This document shows positions 1 to 7,085 of a DNA stretch of 21,177 nucleotides, piece after piece. The first letter of the stretch is position 1. Every line of letters starts with the position of its first letter. The notes below the pieces were generated by a model. The model worked only from the letters and a program-made list of their open reading frames with translations. It searched no databases and was not told where the DNA came from. Source of the stretch: a bacterium (GTDB lineage Bacteria; Zhuqueibacterota; Zhuqueibacteria; Zhuqueibacterales; Zhuqueibacteraceae); NCBI GenBank assembly GCA_044869275.1, contig JBIOXB010000245.1, forward strand, positions 1 to 21,177. Reading direction: 5' to 3'. The translations under genes and the position numbers were made by a program.

Positions 1-102
1 GGAGACGGGGAGAATGGGAGAAAGATAAGCATTCTCCCCGTCTCCTCGTCACCCCGTCTCCTTGTCTCCTTGTCTCCCAGTCACCCCCTCCCCCCGTCTC
101 CC
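1..102. repeat. Octamer tandem-repeat hairpin (REP-like), truncated at the window start
   Basis: GGAGACGGGGAGAATG (1-16) is the exact reverse complement of CATTCTCCCCGTCTCC (30-45). Positions 36-102 hold about eight octamers of the CCCCGTCT/CCTTGTCT/CCTCGTCA type. Confidence 0.85.
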
Positions 103-150
103 AACACGGGCTATGATCAAGCAATCAAAACGCACGGAGAACGAAGGCAG

Positions 151-1182
151 ATGAAAAAAATATACACGATTCTCGTTGGTGTGGCTTGGTTGGCAACGGC
201 TTTGCGCGCGCAAACCGACACCGAAACCATCACCAAGACCGGCACGGCAGTGGCGCAATTTCTCAAAATTGGAGCGGACGCGCGTGGCACCGCCATGGGC
301 GGTGCTTTCTCCGCCATGGAAGGCGATTTGAGCGCCATGCACTGGAACCCCGCGGGCTTGGGTCATCATCGCGGCCTCGAAGCGTTGTTTGCACATAGTG
401 CCTGGCTGGCGGACATGAATTTCAATTTTGCCGCCGTGGCCTTCGATCTTGGGGAAGTGGGTGTGGCCGGTTTGAGCGTGGTGAGTCTGAGCACGCCCGA
501 GGATCTTGTGCGCACGGTGGAAGCGCCGGAAGGCACGGGTGAACGCTTCAGCGCGAACGATCTCGCGCTGGGCTTGACTTTTTCGCGGCGGCTGACCGAT
601 CGCTTTTCCATCGGCGGTACGGTGAAGTTCGTGCGGCAGAGCGTTTGGCATATGAGCGCAAGTGCCGTGGCTTTGGACGTCGGTGCGCTGTTTACCACGC
701 CGTTCAAGAACGTGAGGCTGGGTGCGAGTATCGTGAATTTCGGCAGCGACATGCGCCTCGAAGGCCGCGATATCAATTTCAGCCAGGACCCCGATCCGCA
801 AAATCAGGGCAACGTGGAATTCGTGAATGCCTTGTATGAGACCGGCACGTATCCATTGCCGCTGGCGTTTCGCGTCGGCATTGCAACGGAACTGGTCAAG
901 AGTGAAAACTTGCGGCTTACCGCCGGACTGGATGCGCTGCATCCCAATGACAACGCCGAAAGCATGAACGTCGGCGCGGAAATGGCTTTCAACGAATTGT
1001 TGTTTTTGCGCGGCGGCTACGGCACGCTCTTCCGCCAGGATACGGAAGAAGGCCTGACGCTGGGCGGGGGATTGCATTATCGCTTATGGGGCGGCAGTAC
1101 CAAATTGAAAATCGACTATGCCTACGCGGATTTCGGTTTGTTGGAAACGGTGCAGAGGTTTTCACTGGCCGTGGAGTTTTGA
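151..1182 (+). CDS. PorV/PorQ-like (UPF0164 family) outer-membrane beta-barrel protein
   Basis: The ATG at 151 starts a signal peptide, MKKIYTILVGVAWLATALRA. Family motifs AQFLKIGADARGTAMGGA and WNPAGL are present, with alternating beta-strand patterns and a C-terminal Phe (RFSLAVEF). The ORF-track extension 70-150 overlaps the repeat and is probably not translated. Confidence 0.85.
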   Translation: MKKIYTILVGVAWLATALRAQTDTETITKTGTAVAQFLKIGADARGTAMGGAFSAMEGDLSAMHWNPAGLGHHRGLEALFAHSAWLADMNFNFAAVAFDLGEVGVAGLSVVSLSTPEDLVRTVEAPEGTGERFSANDLALGLTFSRRLTDRFSIGGTVKFVRQSVWHMSASAVALDVGALFTTPFKNVRLGASIVNFGSDMRLEGRDINFSQDPDPQNQGNVEFVNALYETGTYPLPLAFRVGIATELVKSENLRLTAGLDALHPNDNAESMNVGAEMAFNELLFLRGGYGTLFRQDTEEGLTLGGGLHYRLWGGSTKLKIDYAYADFGLLETVQRFSLAVEF

Positions 1183-1241
1183 ATGACATCACTAGGGTTG
1201 GAAAAGATCGCGGATGCTGGTATCCTTGAGCCTGCGCCTTT

Positions 1242-2204
1242 TTATTTCTCCTTCTGCAATACCGCCACGATGGTCGCACCGCGAAACTTTGTGGCGAAAG
1301 GATGGTGGCTGCCGCCCAACAATGACAGGCCAGCAGCGGTTCCTGCCCGCAATAGGCGAAAAGGCCATTCCCAAACACCCGCACCTTTGATCTCCGCGGC
1401 AAGCTTTTCGCTCATGAGAGCATTGAAAAAAGCATCCAGTGGCAGTTGTTGCCACCAACGCAGTGCGAAGCCGGCACTCGCGGCGCAGCGGGCAAGCGTG
1501 CCCAGCGAGAAATGATTGACATGGCGCGGCGTGTCCAAGGCAATCCAATTTTGCCGATAAATGCGCGCCTCCAGGCCGGCGATATTCGGCACGGCAACGA
1601 TTACTACGCCATTTTTCGCAAGATGCCGGTACAAGATCGCCAACGCCTCGCGCGGGTGATACAAATGTTCGAGCACGTGCCAGAGCGTGATGACTTCAAC
1701 AGATGAAACCGGTAACGGCCATTCCTGCAAGCTTCCCGTGACGACGTTCAGCTTTAGGTGTTCTCGTGCCCAAGCCGAAGCGCCGGCATCTCGTTCCAAG
1801 CCATAAACCTGCCAGCCTGCACACCGCATCTCCTCCAAAAACTCGCCGGTGCCGCAACCCACGTCCAGAAGACTGCCCTTGATCTGGAAGCGCGAAACGA
1901 GCGCTCTTTTCCAGCGCAGATTGTGACGGCGGAGAAAATCGTACATGCGCGCCAGGGACGTGCGCGAGGCATTGGCGCTGGCGAAGGGCAAATAATTCTC
2001 GTTTTGATAAAAAAGCGCGCTGTCCGCTTCCGCGGGGCGCGGACTGAGATAGATCATCTCACATTTCCGGCAGCGCTGCAAGTGATAACACGCACCGGCC
2101 GCCAGATCGAAACGATCCGGGGCTTGGAGATGGAGCGCAACAGAGTTTTCGCCGCATAGCGGACAAGCGCAACTTTCCAAAGCGGGCAAGGCGATGATCC
2201 TCAT
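1242..2204 (-). CDS. Class I SAM-dependent methyltransferase with an N-terminal Zn ribbon (type common in surface-glycan loci)
   Basis: SAM motif I LLDVGCGTGEF, ITLWHVLEH, IVAVPN and PRHVNHFS motifs, plus N-terminal CPLC...CRKC. The start is ATG 2204 or TTG 2189 (AGGA 8 nt upstream). The track extension to 2360 translates repeat/MITE sequence. Confidence 0.85.
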   Translation of the reverse strand: MRIIALPALESCACPLCGENSVALHLQAPDRFDLAAGACYHLQRCRKCEMIYLSPRPAEADSALFYQNENYLPFASANASRTSLARMYDFLRRHNLRWKRALVSRFQIKGSLLDVGCGTGEFLEEMRCAGWQVYGLERDAGASAWAREHLKLNVVTGSLQEWPLPVSSVEVITLWHVLEHLYHPREALAILYRHLAKNGVVIVAVPNIAGLEARIYRQNWIALDTPRHVNHFSLGTLARCAASAGFALRWWQQLPLDAFFNALMSEKLAAEIKGAGVWEWPFRLLRAGTAAGLSLLGGSHHPFATKFRGATIVAVLQKEK

Positions 2205-2206
2205 TT

Positions 2207-2394
2207 TGCCATCAGGTGGAATTTGGGCTGGTGCTGCTGAAAGCGCTGTGGACCAGGATTCAGACTGTGTGAAAACTTGGGAGTGCCGCACCCTGAGCTT
2301 GTCGAAGGGTGCTAAGTTCAAAAATCCGGCTTCGACAAGCTCAGCCGGCGTTGAAACCAAGCCTTTTCACACAGTCTGATTCTTCCTGTATGAC
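2207..2394. repeat. Degenerate copy of the GTCATTCAGGAGGAATCT-type REP-like palindrome, interrupted by a MITE
   Basis: The left arm TGCCATCAGGTGGAATTT (2207-2224) and right arm GATTCTTCCTGTATGAC (2378-2394) resemble the arms of the 3507-3586 element (GATTCCTCCTGAATGAC). Confidence 0.65.
2262..2377. mobile_element. MITE-like non-autonomous element (116 bp)
   Basis: Perfect terminal inverted repeats AGACTGTGTGAAAA (2262-2275) / TTTTCACACAGTCT (2364-2377), flanked by the direct repeat GATTC (2257-2261 and 2378-2382). An internal perfect 15-bp inverted repeat CTGAGCTTGTCGAAG (2293-2307) / CTTCGACAAGCTCAG (2330-2344) is present. No transposase gene lies inside it. Confidence 0.8.
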
Positions 2395-2429
2395 CGGCTT
2401 TTGGGGGTTAGGCTGGAAAAGCGAGAAGT

Positions 2430-3494
2430 TCAATCAAAGCGATTTTTGGGAATGGGCAATTCCGAAAATCTCCTTTTACGGAGAATAAAATAATCCCAGG
2501 CGATGCTGCGGTGGTAGAATTTTTTGCGCAGAGCGTTTGCAGAAATTTTGCGCAAGCGCTGCACCTGCCGGCGTTGCGCCAGCGTGCGCGGCAGCCGGAG
2601 GAGAACTTCGAAAATCGCGCGCACGATCATGACCGCATGCCGGCCGCGCAGGCTGACGAGCTGGCGCAGCGCTTCGATGCCATCCAATAACAAGCGCAGC
2701 GGAAAAACCAGCAAGAGCGGTGCAGTGGCATGATTTTTCAGCAGCATGATCAAGCCGTTGCGATAGTTCAAATAAGTTTTGCGCGGGGAGGCCGCCTGCA
2801 AAGTCGAGCCGGCCTGATGATACACGCGCGCCGACGGCACGGCGAGGACGCGATAGCCCGCAAGCTGCAAGCGCCAATTCAAATCGATTTCTTCCATATG
2901 GGCGAAGAAAGCTTCGTCCAGCAGGCCCACGTCTTCCAGTGTGGACCTGCGCAGCAAGCAACAAGCGCCGCTGGCCCAGAAGACCTCGATCGCGTCCTCG
3001 TATTGCCGTTCATCTTTTTCTAAAGTGGAGAACATGCGGCCGCGACAAAACGGATACCCCAGGAAATCGAGAAAACCGCCGCAGGCCCCGGCATAGTCGA
3101 AATATTCAGGACGATCAATGGAAAGGATTTTGGGCTGGCAGGCGGCAATGCGCGGGTCGCTTGCCAGCGCGGCCACGAGCGGCTCCAGCCAGTGCGCCGT
3201 GGCGACGGCATCGTTGTTGAACAAGGCGAAATACTCTCCCGCCGCCGCGCGCATACCGGCATTGCAGCCGCCGGCAAAGCCGAGGTTTTTTCCGGTGGCA
3301 ACCAGGCGCAAGCCCGGGAAATTTTTTTGTGCGGCCTCGATGCTGCCGTCCTCGCAGCCGTTATTCACGAGCACGATTTCGAAGGGCAGGGAGGTATGCT
3401 GGTGCAGCGACCGCAGGCTGCGCATTAGAATTTCCTCGCCGCGCCAGTGGGGGATGATGATGGAAACCAATGATGAAAACTTCGTGTGATTCAC
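2430..3494 (-). CDS. Glycosyltransferase family 2 (GT-A fold, WbbL/rhamnosyltransferase-like)
   Basis: Motifs VSIIIPHW, IVLVNNGCEDGS, NLGFAGGCNAG, LFNNDA (DxD-equivalent), WASGAC and FFAHMEEIDLNWR. The start is uncertain. GTG 3494 is preferred because 3507-3551 lies within a palindromic repeat. Confidence 0.88.
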   Translation of the reverse strand: MNHTKFSSLVSIIIPHWRGEEILMRSLRSLHQHTSLPFEIVLVNNGCEDGSIEAAQKNFPGLRLVATGKNLGFAGGCNAGMRAAAGEYFALFNNDAVATAHWLEPLVAALASDPRIAACQPKILSIDRPEYFDYAGACGGFLDFLGYPFCRGRMFSTLEKDERQYEDAIEVFWASGACCLLRRSTLEDVGLLDEAFFAHMEEIDLNWRLQLAGYRVLAVPSARVYHQAGSTLQAASPRKTYLNYRNGLIMLLKNHATAPLLLVFPLRLLLDGIEALRQLVSLRGRHAVMIVRAIFEVLLRLPRTLAQRRQVQRLRKISANALRKKFYHRSIAWDYFILRKRRFSELPIPKNRFD

Positions 3495-3506
3495 AAGCTC
3501 AAAGAT

Positions 3507-3586
3507 GTCATTCAGGAGTCCCGAGGCCTCGGGATTGGTAGAATTAAGCACGGTGCTGGTGCGTCACAAGATTCCTCCTGAATGAC
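3507..3586. repeat. REP-like palindromic element with an internal 16-bp palindrome
   Basis: GTCATTCAGGAG (3507-3518) / CTCCTGAATGAC (3575-3586) form a perfect inverted repeat. TCCCGAGGCCTCGGGA (3519-3534) is a perfect palindrome. The reverse complement aligns with 9248-9291 at 35/44 positions (manual alignment). Confidence 0.85.
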
Positions 3587-3625
3587 CGATTCAAGGTTAG
3601 TGGGATCCCAAACCGTCAGCGTTAA

Positions 3626-6421
3626 TTATTGCTGCGCCGAATCGCCGGGGGCAGCGGGCGGCAAGCCGCGCTGGGAATCAGCCCGCGCCAGCCCGCGCAA
3701 CTGCGACATCAATGTTTGCGCATTCTTGTCTTCCGGCTGTTTCGCCAGCCAGCGATTCACGACTTCGACTCCCTTCTCGTACTGGTGATCTTTGCTGTAA
3801 TATCTGCCGAGCCACAAGTAGCCCTCGCCGAAATCGGGCTGTTGCTTGACCAGTTCTTGCATCAGAGATTCGGCCAGCGCGCTCTGTCCGCGATAGTCGA
3901 AGTAATCCGCGAATTGCAGTTTTTGTTGATTGTCCAAATTGGCAAACTCGCGGCCTGCCATCTCGCGATACCTTCTCTGTAATTGCTCCGGGTGCCCGGC
4001 CTGGTTGTACATCAGGCCGATGGCTTCACTGATGCGGAAGTCGTTCGTGGGAATCACGGCTTCGGGCATCGCTTTCTCCATGCGATCCAGCGCGCGCACG
4101 GCCAAATCGTTTTCGCGGCGGCCGAGATGGAACTGCGCCAGATGCAAAAAGGCGGAGCGGTAATTCTGCAACAGGCTGGTGATATTATCGTCGTTATAAA
4201 CGTTGGTATTGTCGAGATTTCGATACAGGAATTTTTCGTTCAAATTCGTCCACATCAAATCCGGCTGGATCAAACGGCGGTCGCCCACTTTCACGCCGGG
4301 CAGAACTCGGAAGGCCAGGCCATCCATGCGCATGTAGGGATCCAAGCCGATTTTATTGTCCGGCGAAACGGTCACCGCAAAATAAACCGGACGGCGGAAT
4401 TGATTGTCCTGCAAGATTCTGAGAATCATCAAATCTTGCACGCGCAGGGCCGAGCCATAGGGCGTGTTCAGCGTGGGCTTCAACTCGAAGCGCAGCGCCG
4501 GCTCCGAGTCTTGTGTCAACGCCGAATCGAACTTCGCCATCTCCTGGTAAGCCTCATCGTAGGCGGCCTGCGGCACGGGAATGCTGATTTTGGTGGCTTG
4601 GAACAAACGCGGCTGGATGTTTTCGATTTCCTCGTCGGAGATGCGAATGGCAATTTTCGGCTCGTCGTCGCGCAATTGTTTGATGTACCAATTCGTGTTC
4701 AACAAGCTCAAATTGACGACGCGAATATCCGGCCGGATGTTCTTGACGTATTGCAGAAACCAGAGCGGAAAGGTGTCGTTGTCGCCATTGGTGAAAACGA
4801 TGGCGTTGGGCGCACAGGACTCCAGAATGTTGTAGGAGTAATCGTGGGCGACGTAGTTGCCGGTGCGGTCGTGCGACTCATAGTTGAAGACCAGCATGCG
4901 GACGGGCACCGCTGTTAACACCAGGCCGGCAACGGCGGTGGCAAATATATTGTTGACCTTTTGGTTGGTCGAAGAGGAATTGACCAGTTCGCCGGCGCGG
5001 TCAACCGCCATGCGTCCGGCAGGTTTGACGGCCCCCGCGCGCGCCAAGAGATGCTGTACAAAATCCATGATGGCGGTCAAGCCGATGCCGATCCAGAGTG
5101 CGAAGGCAAAGAAAGAACCGGTGTAGGAATAGTCGCGCTCGCGAGGTTGTGGATCGGGCTGGTTCAAGTAAATGATGATCGCGAATCCGGTAATGACGAA
5201 CAAAACGAGGATTGGCCACGCGCGCCGCCAATCTCTCTTAAAATGATAAACCATGCCGATGACGCCCAAGAGAAAAGGCAAACCCAGCAAGCCCCGTGGC
5301 GTAATGGTTTCGACGATGCGGCCCTGCTCGTCAAGCGTCGTGCCTTTGCCGATGAACTGCCAGCCGAAATAGCGTACGTACATTTTTTTGATTTGATACT
5401 CCCACAGAGGCGCGCTGCGCTGCGCGATCGACCAGTCGCCGTATTGTTCGCGATTGAGATAGCTGACCAGGCGATCGGGCGAATCGGGGTTGTTTTCGTC
5501 GATTTTAGGATCGAGCGTGGAGCGGATGAAAATGGCGGTGTAGGTGGAATAGCCGACCACAACTAAAATCGCAGACATGAACACCAGTGCGGCCAGGCGG
5601 CGCTTGTTGCGTATCGCCCAGAGCGCGACACCGAAGAGAACGACCATGACTCCCAGCAGCGCTTCCCAGCCCGGGTTTTTCAGCAGCGCGGGAAAGCCGC
5701 GCACCACGCCGGAATTGAACAAACCCACGCACGCCAAGCCCACGCCCGCCATGAGCATCATGAGGAGGAATTCCTGGAAGAAATCTTCTTTTTTCGCTTG
5801 ATAACGGCGTGCGAAAATGATCATCGCGATCACCGGCAGCGCGAGCAGATTCAACAAGTGCACCCCGATGGCCAGCCCCATCAAATAAAAAATGATCAAG
5901 ATATAACGATCCGATTGCGAGGTGTCGGCGTAATCCATCCACTTTAGAATGAGCCAAATGACGATGGCGGTGAAAAACATGGATCCGGCATACACTTCGG
6001 CCTCGACGGAGTTGAACCACTGGCTGTCGGAAAAGGCAAAGGCCAAAGCCCCGATCACGCCCGCACCATAGACGCCGAGTTTGTCCATCCACGTGCGGGG
6101 CGCTTCTTTCCAAATCAGAACCAGGCGTACGATGATCAAATACGTCAGCATGGCGGTAAACGCGCTCACCAGGGGCGACATGATATTCACGCGCAAGCCC
6201 ACGTCCTTGATGAGGGCTTCCGGAATCATCGTGAACACGCGGCCCAGGAGAATGTAGAGCGGCGCGCCCGGCGGATGGGGCACGCCCAAAATGTAGGAAC
6301 AGGCAATGAACTCACCGCAATCCCAGAATGAGGTGGTGGGCGCGACCGTGCTGAGATAAACCAACAACGATACGACGAAAACGGCAGACGCCATGATCGT
6401 ATTCGATTTGCTGTGGGACAT
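3626..6421 (-). CDS. DUF2723 multi-pass membrane protein (TMEM260/GT117-like GT-C glycosyltransferase) with C-terminal TPR-like helices
   Basis: Family motifs TVAPTTSFWDCGEFIA, LGVPHPPGAPLY, WFNSVEAEVYA, GVHLLNLL, YLNREQYG, PRERDYSY and FTNGDNDTFPLW. About a dozen hydrophobic segments are followed by a soluble domain and a helical-repeat tail. Confidence 0.9.
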   Translation of the reverse strand: MSHSKSNTIMASAVFVVSLLVYLSTVAPTTSFWDCGEFIACSYILGVPHPPGAPLYILLGRVFTMIPEALIKDVGLRVNIMSPLVSAFTAMLTYLIIVRLVLIWKEAPRTWMDKLGVYGAGVIGALAFAFSDSQWFNSVEAEVYAGSMFFTAIVIWLILKWMDYADTSQSDRYILIIFYLMGLAIGVHLLNLLALPVIAMIIFARRYQAKKEDFFQEFLLMMLMAGVGLACVGLFNSGVVRGFPALLKNPGWEALLGVMVVLFGVALWAIRNKRRLAALVFMSAILVVVGYSTYTAIFIRSTLDPKIDENNPDSPDRLVSYLNREQYGDWSIAQRSAPLWEYQIKKMYVRYFGWQFIGKGTTLDEQGRIVETITPRGLLGLPFLLGVIGMVYHFKRDWRRAWPILVLFVITGFAIIIYLNQPDPQPRERDYSYTGSFFAFALWIGIGLTAIMDFVQHLLARAGAVKPAGRMAVDRAGELVNSSSTNQKVNNIFATAVAGLVLTAVPVRMLVFNYESHDRTGNYVAHDYSYNILESCAPNAIVFTNGDNDTFPLWFLQYVKNIRPDIRVVNLSLLNTNWYIKQLRDDEPKIAIRISDEEIENIQPRLFQATKISIPVPQAAYDEAYQEMAKFDSALTQDSEPALRFELKPTLNTPYGSALRVQDLMILRILQDNQFRRPVYFAVTVSPDNKIGLDPYMRMDGLAFRVLPGVKVGDRRLIQPDLMWTNLNEKFLYRNLDNTNVYNDDNITSLLQNYRSAFLHLAQFHLGRRENDLAVRALDRMEKAMPEAVIPTNDFRISEAIGLMYNQAGHPEQLQRRYREMAGREFANLDNQQKLQFADYFDYRGQSALAESLMQELVKQQPDFGEGYLWLGRYYSKDHQYEKGVEVVNRWLAKQPEDKNAQTLMSQLRGLARADSQRGLPPAAPGDSAQQ

Positions 6422-6507
6422 TTAAGGTGCTCCAAAAAAGAAGAGAAACACTGATAGAATTCTATTCGCCAACAGGATGCTCAGCAAAACCCAAGGGCAC
6501 TGGAAAT

Positions 6508-6585
6508 TGTCATTCCCGCGAGTGTAACGCGGGCTGCCATTTTGCAAAGGAAACGAGCAGGTGCCTGCGTTCCGGCAGGAGGCCG
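6508..6585. repeat. Degenerate GTCATTCCCGCG-type REP element
   Basis: TGTCATTCCCGCG (6508-6520) is followed by CGCGGG (6528-6533), which closes a hairpin. A second degenerate hairpin, CCTGC-GTTCCG-GCAGG, lies near 6564-6579. Confidence 0.5.
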
Positions 6586-6600
6586 CTGTAAATGGGAAGC

Positions 6601-6945
6601 TTAGGCAGCCGGCTGCTCCGGCGCTGCGCTTTCTGCCGTGCTGGCCGTTTCGCCGCTGCCCTCCGCCTTCTTATCTTTGTCCAATTCATCAATATAATTC
6701 AGCTTCAATTCGCGCAGGATATGATCCAGAAAAGAAGTCTCTTCTTCTTTGAGATTCCCCTGGGTGCGCGCTTTGAGCATGTCCAAAATATCGATGGAAT
6801 GGCGCGCCTGCTCGAGATCGCGTTCGACCTTGTTGTTGATCGGGCTGGGAATTTTTCCCAATTGCTGCCAGGCGGCTTGTTGAAAGGTCAAGACCAGTTG
6901 CATGAACAGAACTTGCTGCTTTTGTTCGGGGGTGAGCTCGGGCAT
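6601..6945 (-). CDS. DUF1844 domain-containing protein
   Basis: Matches the recognised pattern FMQLV...AWQQLGKIPSP...DLEQARHSIDILDMLKARTQGNLKEEE...L.ELKLNY. The putative ribosome-binding site TAAGG lies upstream of ATG 6945. Confidence 0.85.
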   Translation of the reverse strand: MPELTPEQKQQVLFMQLVLTFQQAAWQQLGKIPSPINNKVERDLEQARHSIDILDMLKARTQGNLKEEETSFLDHILRELKLNYIDELDKDKKAEGSGETASTAESAAPEQPAA

Positions 6946-7011
6946 GGCGATACCTTACTTTGGGCTAACGATGTTAATTGAGGAAATTGATGTTCTTTCT
7001 GCTGCTATTTC

Positions 7012-7084
7012 TACTCCTACTCTTGCTCATACTCTTACTCGCTTTTGAAAGACGCGAGAGCGAGTAAGAGCAAGAGTATGAGTA
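7012..7084. repeat. Hexamer (TACTCN) tandem-repeat hairpin immediately downstream of recG
   Basis: Left arm TACTCC-TACTCT-TGCTCA-TACTCT-TACTCG-CT; right arm AG-CGAGTA-AGAGCA-AGAGTA-TGAGTA. The core 7032-7043 pairs perfectly with 7059-7070. Confidence 0.8.
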
Positions 7085-7085
7085 T

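Noticed and set aside
2205..2360. N-terminal extension of the methyltransferase (PAELVEA...PFDKLRV)
   Set aside because: It is a translation of the MITE and palindrome rather than a protein domain. The same applies to the GT2 extension 3495-3551 and ORF 6974-7237 (YSYSCSYS...SKSMSKS).
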